56,982 nucleotides of DNA from a virus. Lineage: Duplodnaviria; Caudoviricetes. Shown piece by piece: positions 35,151 to 43,263 of the stretch (position 1 is its first letter; every line of letters starts with the position of its first letter). The notes beneath the pieces were generated by a model. That model did no database searches and was not told where the DNA came from. It worked only from the letters and a program-made list of their open reading frames with translations. A program made the translations under genes and the position numbers. Location of the stretch: the IMG/VR virus record IMGVR_UViG_3300045118_000170, positions 1 to 56,982 of that record. One strand, written 5' to 3'.

Positions 35151-35179
35151 AGTGTACCACGCTGACTGTCACTCGTCAA
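35151..35179 (-). promoter_or_regulatory. Sigma70-like promoter (leftward)
   Basis: Minus strand TTGACG-17nt-TACACT. Confidence 0.6.
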
Positions 35180-35576
35180 GCACGAGACGCCCATCCTGTT
35201 TCAACCGCACATATTCAGCGGTAGAGATTAGGCGGGCCTTGATTTCCAGCCAATACCCACGACTCTCCTTACAGACTTGTTGAACAACTTCCCAATCCCC
35301 TTCGACGAGGGCAACTTTCTTTAACCGAGGCCAACCCCGCCCGCTATGACCTACTTGGACCGGCGTAAGGGTACGGCAAAGGAACACTAACCCGTTTTGT
35401 TCTAGGGCATCGCGGTAAGGGAGAACGTGACCCCTCTTTTTTCCCATTGAAAACACACCAACGACTTGGAGAGGCAAGCCCTCCTCTAAGATAAACCTTC
35501 CCAGCCGCCATCTATGTCCGTCCACCCATACTTCGCCAACTTCCGGTTTCCTTTTTTGCCCGCTTTGTCTGTGCAT
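35169..35576 (-). CDS. SH3/KOW-like paralog family member
   Basis: KPEVGEVWV ... ARLISTAEYV; tandem paralog of 35512-35925. Confidence 0.7.
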   Translation of the reverse strand: MHRQSGQKRKPEVGEVWVDGHRWRLGRFILEEGLPLQVVGVFSMGKKRGHVLPYRDALEQNGLVFLCRTLTPVQVGHSGRGWPRLKKVALVEGDWEVVQQVCKESRGYWLEIKARLISTAEYVRLKQDGRLVLDE

Positions 35577-35925
35577 CCTTCAACCCCCTTTTTAGATACT
35601 CACCGAGGGAGAGAGGACGAGCCCCTCGCTCAAGCCAATGACCTCGTTGCTGCCTCCCCACGAATTGAACAGCCTTCCAATCGCCTTCTACAAGGTGTCC
35701 CTCCGTGAAGTACCTAGAATTGAGCCCATCGTGGCCCTGCCCGTCGCCCCCTAAAAGACGGCAAAAGAAAGCCAGGCCGTCACGCTCTAGCACGAAAGCA
35801 GGGAAGGGAGACACGCCGGGCCGAAAAGCCCCAACGACCCGGTACAGGTAAGTACCATACCTTTCGACCCACACCTCCCCGACGACAGGCCGCCGCACCC
35901 GTTCCGTCCCCATTTGAGCCTCCAT
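35512..35925 (-). CDS. SH3/KOW-like paralog family member
   Basis: RPVVGEVWV ... ARPLSLGEYL. Confidence 0.7.
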   Translation of the reverse strand: MEAQMGTERVRRPVVGEVWVERYGTYLYRVVGAFRPGVSPFPAFVLERDGLAFFCRLLGGDGQGHDGLNSRYFTEGHLVEGDWKAVQFVGRQQRGHWLERGARPLSLGEYLKRGLKDAQTKRAKKETGSWRSMGGRT

Positions 35926-35940
35926 CGTTCCCCTTTTCTA

Positions 35941-35959
35941 ATTGAGAATGATTCTCAAT
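35941..35959. promoter_or_regulatory. Perfect 9-1-9 palindrome, Fur-box-like operator
   Basis: ATTGAGAAT-G-ATTCTCAAT immediately upstream of the RBS of the 35925 gene. Confidence 0.6.
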
Positions 35960-36000
35960 ACCAACTCGCCTAAAACCGCCCTGATTCCGCCTCCTTCTGG

Positions 36001-36368
36001 GTTCAACCTGAATTCAAGGCCGGGTTTCTACTTACGCCGGACGTCTTATCTTGTTGAATCATAAGCGAAATTCCGCGTAAATTCATGGTTCAATTCAAAT
36101 CTGGGCGCACCCCCGGTTCATGGTTGAGAGGGGGGTCTCTCCTATCTCTAAGTATATATATCTAGTAGAGAGAAGATAAGTAGAAGAAAACATTACACAT
36201 TGTCCCGACATGTATCTATTTGGATACACCATAGCTGGAGAACCCCCGCCGCTCCGGGTTTCGCCGAGTTTTGAATTGAAGCATGAAGTCACAGCGAATT
36301 TACCTGTGTTATCCATTGTTTAGCTCACTTTGCCTAAGTAGATACCCTGCCTTGAATTCAAGGTGAAC
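36001..36368. repeat. Symmetric imperfect inverted repeat with AT-rich core; candidate replication origin
   Basis: 36001-36037 vs revcomp 36332-36368 (32/37 match); 36082-36107 vs revcomp 36262-36287 (23/26); both centred at 36184.5. Confidence 0.8.
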
Positions 36369-36422
36369 TCTCAACCTGGCGCATTCATGGGCGTTTTCTG
36401 TGTGTCGCCATGCGATGCCTCA

Positions 36423-36710
36423 TTATGTCAACTCGCTCTCTGAGACAGGGAGGGGACAGTGGTCTATTAACCACCCCTGTATTTTGGGAGGGAGCGCCAA
36501 AAACTCCCCCGGCTGGACAAGCGCAAATCGAGTGCTTGCTCTCAACTTGGCATGGCTATAGGTGAGGGAGAAGCCAAAATCATCGCTTGGGGAGTAAAAC
36601 AGGACCGTCACCAATCGGTCTGTTGCGCGTGTCACCACCCCAAACCCACAAAAGGGAGCAACCGCATAGGTGCCCCGGACAAAATCCCCTACTGCCAGTT
36701 TACGGACCAT
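36423..36710 (-). CDS. SH3/KOW-like paralog family member
   Basis: LAVGDFVR ... LVQPGEFLALPPK. Confidence 0.75.
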   Translation of the reverse strand: MVRKLAVGDFVRGTYAVAPFCGFGVVTRATDRLVTVLFYSPSDDFGFSLTYSHAKLRASTRFALVQPGEFLALPPKIQGWLIDHCPLPVSESELT

Positions 36711-36976
36711 CGAGGCACCTCTACGCGGGACATGAGCCACCTCCGTACTTTGGGAGGGAGCGCTAAGAACTCCCCCGGCTGCATGAGCCTAAGCCAAGTG
36801 CCCCTTTCACTCAACTCGGTAGGTGGATAGTCGAAGCGAATACCGTCGTTAACGATGGGGGAATAGTACAGAATCGTGACCCATTGGCCTTTTGAACAGG
36901 TTACCACTCCAGCCCCATAAGGGAGATAAGTAAGCATATGCCTCACAAAGTCCCCCACAGTCAGCTTACGGGTTAT
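36689..36976 (-). CDS. SH3/KOW-like paralog family member (ATA start inferred)
   Basis: LTVGDFVR ... LMQPGEFLALPPK; alignment with 36423-36710 places the start at ATA 36976. Confidence 0.7.
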   Translation of the reverse strand: MTRKLTVGDFVRHMLTYLPYGAGVVTCSKGQWVTILYYSPIVNDGIRFDYPPTELSERGTWLRLMQPGEFLALPPKVRRWLMSRVEVPRWSVNWQ

Positions 36977-38079
36977 CGAAGCACCTTAATGGGGAGCACC
37001 TCCCCAAAGGGAGGGGTGATCGTGGTCCCATGCGGGACGACCCACAGGACCGGGTATGGGGGAGCCTCCGCAGGGAATGAGCCTTCCAGGTCCGTGAGGT
37101 AGATCAAACACAACGGCGGGTCTTGTTCCAGCCATGTAAAGACCGGCTCGAACGCCGTGCCCCCGAAGCCCTTTACGTTATAATCGAAGGGGTCGTCAGG
37201 TCCGTAGATGGAAACCTTTTGCACTTGAGCATCGCAATACAGATGCACCAGTTCGTCCGGCTTGACCTCGGCCTGGATCGCCTCCATTGCGCACATAAAG
37301 GAGGGGAGGAGGCGCGTGGTGCTGCCGGAGGAATCCGTTGCCAGCCCAATCCGCCCCACGCGCTCCCCGCGCAGTGTGGGGAGGTACAACCCGAAGGAGG
37401 TGTATTTCCGGTTGGGGCGGAGCCATGAATAGGCGGTTCGGTCGGCAGCGGTTTGGATGAAACGGTAGAGGTACGCCATCCAATCCACCTCGCTCTCCCC
37501 AAGCGCCTTGACCAGTTGTTCCAATCCCGCCGGGAACATCCCGCGCATTTTCGCGGATTGAGCCGCTTGCTGCACGTAAATCTCCCAATCCTGTGCGGTA
37601 TTAGGGCGGACCCCTTGTTCGCGTGGCAGGTCTTTGGACCCCTCTCCAAACCCGCTGCAACAAGACAGCGGCTTCTTGCAGTCCGGGGCTTGCTGGTAGA
37701 TTTCTTCGGCGGTCCAGTCTCGATACTGCTGATCCAAAACAGACCACGGCGGAATCGGAAGTTGCTCGTCCTGGATCAAGAAGTCAGCCGGGTGCTCACA
37801 CGCCCACAGCCACTTGTCGCGGTCGGCATGGCGTGGAATGCGTTGCGGATGGTGGTACACGCAATGGGCAACTTCGTGCATGACCTCAACTAGGGTTTGG
37901 AGAGGGGTCAACGCGCTCGCGTACTCTGGATTGAACCACAAATAGGTCCCATCCGTCGCACAGGTCCGTATCGCGGGTGTTTCGATAAGCCGTAAACGGA
38001 GAGCCAACTCACCCCAAAAGGGGCGGTGCTGGATCAACGCAACAATCGCCTGCTTGATTTTCGTTTCGGTGTCCATCAT
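36973..38079 (-). CDS. DUF2201-type metallopeptidase + VWA domain protein
   Basis: 'TCATDG', 'HEVAH' HExxH, 'SWLRPNRK', 'DSSGS' MIDAS, 'GGTAFEPVF', 'YLTDLEG'. Confidence 0.9.
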   Translation of the reverse strand: MMDTETKIKQAIVALIQHRPFWGELALRLRLIETPAIRTCATDGTYLWFNPEYASALTPLQTLVEVMHEVAHCVYHHPQRIPRHADRDKWLWACEHPADFLIQDEQLPIPPWSVLDQQYRDWTAEEIYQQAPDCKKPLSCCSGFGEGSKDLPREQGVRPNTAQDWEIYVQQAAQSAKMRGMFPAGLEQLVKALGESEVDWMAYLYRFIQTAADRTAYSWLRPNRKYTSFGLYLPTLRGERVGRIGLATDSSGSTTRLLPSFMCAMEAIQAEVKPDELVHLYCDAQVQKVSIYGPDDPFDYNVKGFGGTAFEPVFTWLEQDPPLCLIYLTDLEGSFPAEAPPYPVLWVVPHGTTITPPFGEVLPIKVLR

Positions 38080-38342
38080 CGCTTTCTCGCCTCCCGTTGT
38101 AACCATCGTCGGGCTTTCTTCGGTAGCGCCAAGTATTCATTCATGGGGAGTGCATAGACCCATTGACGGTCTTGTGCAAGTACCTGCTGAACGTCGTAAG
38201 TGTATTTGCCGCGCCGTACACTAAAGTCAGCGAAACGAACAGTCGCCCACTTCAGTTGTGTTTCCTGCCATAGATTCACGACTACCCCGACTTCCAGCGG
38301 TGTCGTGTAAGACCGTACAAAGTCGCCCACTTTTAGCAGCAT
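38076..38342 (-). CDS. SH3/KOW-like paralog family member, between MoxR and VWA genes
   Basis: MLLKVGDFVR ... LPMNEYLALPKK. Confidence 0.75.
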   Translation of the reverse strand: MLLKVGDFVRSYTTPLEVGVVVNLWQETQLKWATVRFADFSVRRGKYTYDVQQVLAQDRQWVYALPMNEYLALPKKARRWLQREARKR

Positions 38343-38360
38343 CCTACGACCTTCCTTGTC

Positions 38361-39470
38361 CTACGTTTGCGCCGGTCTCGCTCCTTCAAACGATGTACCT
38401 GCGATGAACTTCCCCAGGGCATGTTTCTCCACTTCCTTCTTCCAGACCGGCAATGTTTTCAACCCCTGGTACTGGTCCCAACAGTCAATGACCAGGACCG
38501 AGGCGAACTCCACACGGCTTTTCGGTTTCGCTGCATACAACCGTTTGATATACACCCACAACGTCTCAAATATCTGATAGGTGTCGCGGGTGTATTCCAT
38601 CGCCAACGCGGTACAGAGGGCATGGAGAGCCGAAGGTTCATCGGGAATCGGGGCCTTGTCGGGGTCTGCTAAGACCTCTTTCGCGGTCGGAAGGGCTTGC
38701 GCCAGCCGCTTGTGCGCCAAAAAGCCGGTTGCGGCTCCCCGCCCTACAATCCCGGCATAGATCGCCAACTCCAAGTCCGCCGGGGGGCTTTGCTTGACAG
38801 CATCCGAGAGCGCCTCCCACGATCGCTCACAGGCGAACGCGACAATATCCTGGCTTGGTTCAAAGCAGTTCAGGTGGTGCGGAGCGAAGCGGAGATACGA
38901 CACCACGTAGGGATGCAGTTGGCCCTGGAGCCGCGCCCATCTGTCCCAATCGGGATGGTGAGAGACTAAGTGATAAATCCCACCGAGGAAGCGGCTCTTA
39001 ATCATTTCCAGCACACCGGACACCCCGCACTTATCGGTTCGCCGGTTCGTTGCCGCAATAAAGCGGGTATGGGGAGAGAGCACATGCTCCCCGCATTCGC
39101 CGCCCCACAGCCATTGGGCATAGGGGGCTTGTACCGCCGGTGGGGCCTGCCCAAAATCGTCAAGCCCCCACACCAGTAATTCTTGGGCTTGACACGCCGC
39201 CAGGATTTTGGGGAAAGGGTAGAACTTGGCTTTTCCATCCGCAAACCACGGCATTCCCATCGGGTGTGTCGGGTCTTCAACAGAAGGGTGAGAGAGCTGG
39301 AACTTCGCCCCCTCCGCCGCCGCCGCTTGCTTCATGATCGCGGTTTTGCCGACGCCGGGGGGTCCGACGATTAAGGCGGGTCGCCCCAACCGTACCGCAA
39401 AACGGAGGCACTCCAATAACTGAGAGGGTGTCACCGTCACAATCCCCATGTCCGCTTTACTGTCCACCAT
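38361..39470 (-). CDS. MoxR-like AAA+ ATPase
   Basis: 'GPPGVGKT', 'LDDFGQAPPAVQA', 'AATNR..D', 'SRF', 'ERSWE'. Confidence 0.9.
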   Translation of the reverse strand: MVDSKADMGIVTVTPSQLLECLRFAVRLGRPALIVGPPGVGKTAIMKQAAAAEGAKFQLSHPSVEDPTHPMGMPWFADGKAKFYPFPKILAACQAQELLVWGLDDFGQAPPAVQAPYAQWLWGGECGEHVLSPHTRFIAATNRRTDKCGVSGVLEMIKSRFLGGIYHLVSHHPDWDRWARLQGQLHPYVVSYLRFAPHHLNCFEPSQDIVAFACERSWEALSDAVKQSPPADLELAIYAGIVGRGAATGFLAHKRLAQALPTAKEVLADPDKAPIPDEPSALHALCTALAMEYTRDTYQIFETLWVYIKRLYAAKPKSRVEFASVLVIDCWDQYQGLKTLPVWKKEVEKHALGKFIAGTSFEGARPAQT

Positions 39471-39580
39471 ACAAACCTCCTTTGTAAGATAGATCGGTGC
39501 AACTACCTAAGACGCAACAGAAACCCGGCTAACGCAAGCCCGATCAGGACACCGAGAAGCAAGCTCATACCTCGCCCTCC

Positions 39581-39748
39581 CTACGGTTCCATACAGTCGG
39601 GATAGCTCCGATTGCGAAGGATACAGGGGTCAAGGATATTCCCGCAATTCACGCACTTATATTGAGGGTCCGTCGCCGGTTCCCAATACCCCGTCTCTTG
39701 AGGGGGTGGTTGAACGATCATCAGCCCGGCACACCGGGGACAGGTCAT
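39581..39748 (-). CDS. Small Zn-ribbon protein
   Basis: MTCPRCAGLM ... CVNCGNILDP. Confidence 0.7.
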   Translation of the reverse strand: MTCPRCAGLMIVQPPPQETGYWEPATDPQYKCVNCGNILDPCILRNRSYPDCMEP

Positions 39749-39936
39749 GTCAGGTCCTTTCCGTCCGGCTGGACACGCTTCCGGTTTGGGCGCGGTTTGT
39801 CTTTCGGCCACTGGACAAGACTCCACGCCGCCCATAGGACAACGCCGTATAGGGCGACATAAAGCAGGACCTTGATACCAAAAAACAATGGAGAGAGGAA
39901 GCCTGGAGTGACCTGCAAGACAGTCGGCTCCATCAC
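39745..39936 (-). CDS. Small membrane protein
   Basis: Long hydrophobic segment, ATGA coupling. Confidence 0.55.
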   Translation of the reverse strand: MMEPTVLQVTPGFLSPLFFGIKVLLYVALYGVVLWAAWSLVQWPKDKPRPNRKRVQPDGKDLT

Positions 39937-40532
39937 GCCACCTCGTTCTTGTTAACCGTATTGAGGGCCACGTCGTTCACGACCTCCGCCCACCACGTCC
40001 TAATCATTGACGCCGCTTCCGGTAAGCCAAGGACCGCTTGCACCGCGTACTCCGCGTTCGGACTACGGTGCTTGCGGTATCGTGTAAATCCATTGCATTG
40101 CGGTACGGGCAAGCCGACCGACGCCAGTTGACTCACAAGGCACTCCCGATGCACCGTCAAAAGCTCTTGCTTCTGGCGAAGCGCGTACAAGGCCGCCGGA
40201 CGGTCCCTGCGTTTTGCTCGAAGCGCCGCGTACTCTCGAACGTACCCCTTGCGAGAGAGAGAAAGCTGCCTAACGGCTTCCGCCTTGGGGTCCAAGTAGG
40301 CTCCACGTCTGAGTTTGTGCCGACTCCGATGGAGTCGATACTCCTCAAGCGGTTTCGTGAGTAACGCCCTCGCTTGTCGTTCGTCCTGCCGGGCTTTCTT
40401 CCACCACTTTCGGGTCTCGATCAACTCCTTCTCGATCCCTTCTAGCTCCGTCAACTCCCATGCTAAGGTGCGAAGGGCCTTGTCCGTGGTGAGGTACTCC
40501 GCCTGAAGCTGCTTGATGGTGTCCTTGTTCAT
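39933..40532 (-). CDS. Basic coiled-coil hypothetical protein
   Basis: RBS GGGAGG; start at MNKDT. Confidence 0.6.
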   Translation of the reverse strand: MNKDTIKQLQAEYLTTDKALRTLAWELTELEGIEKELIETRKWWKKARQDERQARALLTKPLEEYRLHRSRHKLRRGAYLDPKAEAVRQLSLSRKGYVREYAALRAKRRDRPAALYALRQKQELLTVHRECLVSQLASVGLPVPQCNGFTRYRKHRSPNAEYAVQAVLGLPEAASMIRTWWAEVVNDVALNTVNKNEVA

Positions 40533-40852
40533 ACGGCCTCCCTTCTCATCCTCTGCACCGGCACGTCCTTGATCTCGTACACATGCACCCAATCCTGTTG
40601 TATCCAGCGCTCAATCGGGGCATGGGAAAAGTCAACGGCGCGAAAGCCGAACACCCATCCGACTTGCTGGGTTTGTCCGTCCTTTTGATCGACATACATA
40701 GGGACACGCTTGCTCTTAGCGTACCGAGTCCGAAGATACTGCTTGACTTCTTCAAACGTGGAGAAGCAGACATACTCGGTGTCCGCTATGTGCCGCCAGT
40801 GATCCTTCGCGGCATAGCCCTTTGCCGTTGCCTGGATACTTAGTTGAAACAT
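40529..40852 (-). CDS. Hypothetical early protein
   Basis: 'MYVD.KDG..VGWVF..QQDWV'; RBS GGAG. Confidence 0.7.
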   Translation of the reverse strand: MFQLSIQATAKGYAAKDHWRHIADTEYVCFSTFEEVKQYLRTRYAKSKRVPMYVDQKDGQTQQVGWVFGFRAVDFSHAPIERWIQQDWVHVYEIKDVPVQRMRREAV

Positions 40853-40864
40853 GGCTTACTCCCC

Positions 40865-41312
40865 TCAAAAAGGGCGCTGGATTTTCATGCACATCCCGCC
40901 CTTAATCCGAGCCTTTTCGCCATCGCAATCCAGTAGTGCGTTCTTGTGAAAGTGGACACGCCAAAACTGGCATGTCCGATCAACTCCAAAATATGCCCAG
41001 GCACGGGCCGCTGACGTGACATGCAATCCAGCGGAGCAGACGCCTGCCCCTGCCGGAGCGGCATCGCGAATAATGACGCGCCCGGCTCTTTGTCGATACG
41101 CGGAATTGAAACGGCCAGAACCATCGGCCCGTGTAATCCGGTACGCAACGGCATAGCCTTCCTTATCGAAGTGAAGACCGATCGCCGCCCCGCCACACGC
41201 CATCCCGCCACACGCCATCCAGCCACACAATGCTGCTTCCGTGTACCTCTACAACAGCGCCAACGGTATCCGCGTTTCGCAACCATTGGGGCCAATGCTT
41301 ACGGGGAGTCAT
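40865..41312 (-). pseudogene. Frameshifted W-x-D-G-V pentapeptide-repeat protein
   Basis: Frame from ATG 41312 reads VWLDGVWRDGVWRGG and stops at 41163; a protein-like C-terminus ('CSAGLHV..DCDGEKAR') continues in another frame to 40865. Confidence 0.6.
41190..41228. repeat. 15-bp tandem repeat (about 2.6 copies)
   Basis: ccgccacacgccatc x2 plus cagccacac. Confidence 0.85.
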
Positions 41313-41578
41313 CGCTTACCTCTCTTTCTTTGTAGGGTCGGTTGATGCTGTGAACAGTAGCCTTCCTTGACCAGAACACCCCGCCCACCCCATCTAGTTA
41401 GGTACGTAGTATAGCCGATGGCCGGTCTGATATCTGCGAGGGGACAGTGAGCGCATCGGTCAGGGATTCCGCCACGGAGTCCGACAGACCAACGCCCGAC
41501 TTTTGGCTGGCCGTACTTTGTGAGTAAGTCAACCATGATCAACTTCCCGTCCTCTGTCCCCTTGACCTCATAAGCCAT
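41309..41578 (-). CDS. Hypothetical Zn-binding protein
   Basis: CAHC ... YCSQH; RBS GGAGGT. Confidence 0.6.
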   Translation of the reverse strand: MAYEVKGTEDGKLIMVDLLTKYGQPKVGRWSVGLRGGIPDRCAHCPLADIRPAIGYTTYLTRWGGRGVLVKEGYCSQHQPTLQRKRGKR

Positions 41579-41581
41579 ATA

Positions 41582-42115
41582 TCACCTCCCGAAGTAGAAA
41601 CACCGAGCATAGTCCACGACGGCCTCTTCTTCTTCCTGATCTAGAAGGTACTCCGTCCAGGGAGTAAACCAGTCTTGATGCTCAATGGTTGCCGATTCCG
41701 GCTCGCCGTATTCGTCCAATGATCCAATGATCCTACAGGCGGGTCCCCCTGTACCAAGGAGAATCGTGTACTGGGCAGGTGTAAGCGGCTCACCCAGCCT
41801 GGTCCAGCCAGAGCGGACCTCGACACATAATGGGTCTTCGTGTATCACCTGTTCGGCATCCTCTGCGTTATGGTACTCCGCACGCTCCTCGTCGATCGCA
41901 CACTTCCCGTACTTCGAGTCCCCTTTCTCGTAGTACAAGTTAAGGCCCCTCTTGATTGTCGCCGTGTCCAGGGTACAATCCTCCCCCGTACACTCCTGCG
42001 AGTGGCGGAGTCGGGCCACCATGTCAAGGATTCCCGCAAGGGCGGCGGCGGCTTGCCTTTCTGAGCGTTGTTCTTCTTGATCTTTAGCGACCTTTTGCGG
42101 TTTTGTCGTAGGCAT
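41582..42115 (-). CDS. Conserved acidic phage early protein
   Basis: 'EDPL.VEVRSGW', 'ILLGTGGPACRI.G.L', 'QDWFTPW'. Confidence 0.75.
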   Translation of the reverse strand: MPTTKPQKVAKDQEEQRSERQAAAALAGILDMVARLRHSQECTGEDCTLDTATIKRGLNLYYEKGDSKYGKCAIDEERAEYHNAEDAEQVIHEDPLCVEVRSGWTRLGEPLTPAQYTILLGTGGPACRIIGSLDEYGEPESATIEHQDWFTPWTEYLLDQEEEEAVVDYARCFYFGR

Positions 42116-42159
42116 TGTGCCCCCCTTGGTTGGGTGTTACAGTTAACTCACAGTTGAGC

Positions 42160-42441
42160 CTAGCCGTGGATATAAGCCGCGTAATCCGCTTCACAGGCGG
42201 CTTTCGCCTCTTTTACCGTGGCATATAGGCCATGTGATTCAGGGACTAAACAAGTCTCAAAATCGTCGAATGAAGCTTCCCATCGTTGCTGATCCCGTTC
42301 CCATGCAACCGTGTACTTACGACGCTTTAAGTTCATGACGGGAAATGCGACAAAGAAGCAGGGCTTGCCTCCCGTTGTAGCGCTGACAACTTCTTTCCAA
42401 GCAAGAGCCGGAACTAGCGCGGATGCTTTTAATTTCTCCAT
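42160..42441 (-). CDS. Hypothetical early protein
   Basis: C-terminal 'TVKEAKAACEAD' motif common in phage early proteins. Confidence 0.65.
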   Translation of the reverse strand: MEKLKASALVPALAWKEVVSATTGGKPCFFVAFPVMNLKRRKYTVAWERDQQRWEASFDDFETCLVPESHGLYATVKEAKAACEADYAAYIHG

Positions 42442-42518
42442 GTTGTCCCTCTTTCTAATGTTGTGTACGCCAACCCCATTTTTCAGGCCTATACCCTTGC
42501 CGCACGTGATTTTCCCCC

Positions 42519-42887
42519 TTACTCGTTCCGTGGAGTCAACACAATCGAAAGGCTGTCAAGCGTGGTGTAAGTCCATTGATACCTTGCTTGTAGTTCTTTT
42601 GTTTCAAGACGGTTGACGGGGTAAACAATGCGATGCTGAGCGTAATTATTGACCTTTTGTGCGTCTCTCCATTGACGTAACTGATAGTCTCTTGACCATT
42701 TCCGACCGACCTGCGGTAAACTGGTATTGATCTTTTTGTTTAAGCAGGTCCGAAACCATGTCCGCCATTGATCGGCGGGTATCGTTTCATCCGGCCAACA
42801 CGCACGGCCAAGGTACACTGAACCGTTGGGGTGTTCCTTGACCCACCGCAAAGTTGCCACAAGTTGCTGAGCCGTGTAGGTACGCAC
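42519..42887 (-). CDS. Hypothetical early protein
   Basis: RBS GGGGAG + GTG. Confidence 0.6.
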   Translation of the reverse strand: MRTYTAQQLVATLRWVKEHPNGSVYLGRACWPDETIPADQWRTWFRTCLNKKINTSLPQVGRKWSRDYQLRQWRDAQKVNNYAQHRIVYPVNRLETKELQARYQWTYTTLDSLSIVLTPRNE

Positions 42888-42960
42888 AGTCAGTCTCCCC
42901 TGTTACTGGTTCTCTATCAGTCCCTTGTGGGACTCCCCGATTACCCCGCTCCTTGAACGC

Positions 42961-43263
42961 CTATTGATCGACTTCCGTCAACACTTCCTTTACAATTTGT
43001 TCACTTGTCAGTCGAAAACTCTCATACATCCCGAACTTGAACGTAACCTCGATCCGATCCGGCATGGTTTTCCAGCGTTTGACTTGTGAGGCGACGCGAA
43101 TACGTGCGGCTCTCCCCTGCTGATCATGATACCAAAACTCTTGCCCATAGACCATAGCCTTGGCTTCATCCAAGGTGACAGGTCGAAGCGTCACCATCGT
43201 TGGATGCTTCCTCTTGTCCCCCCGTAGCGGGATTGTGACTATGTTAGTTGTTTGTTCTCGCAT
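42961..43263 (-). CDS. Hypothetical early protein
   Basis: 'VKRWKT.PDR..KFGMYE' pattern; start MREQ. Confidence 0.65.
   Translation of the reverse strand: MREQTTNIVTIPLRGDKRKHPTMVTLRPVTLDEAKAMVYGQEFWYHDQQGRAARIRVASQVKRWKTMPDRIEVTFKFGMYESFRLTSEQIVKEVLTEVDQ

Noticed and set aside
36095-36316. 73-aa ORF in the palindromic region
   Set aside because: No RBS or protein-like features; the region is better explained as non-coding
38361-39470. Phage-encoded sigma54 activator
   Set aside because: AAA+ motifs are MoxR-type, with no GAFTGA loop or C-terminal HTH
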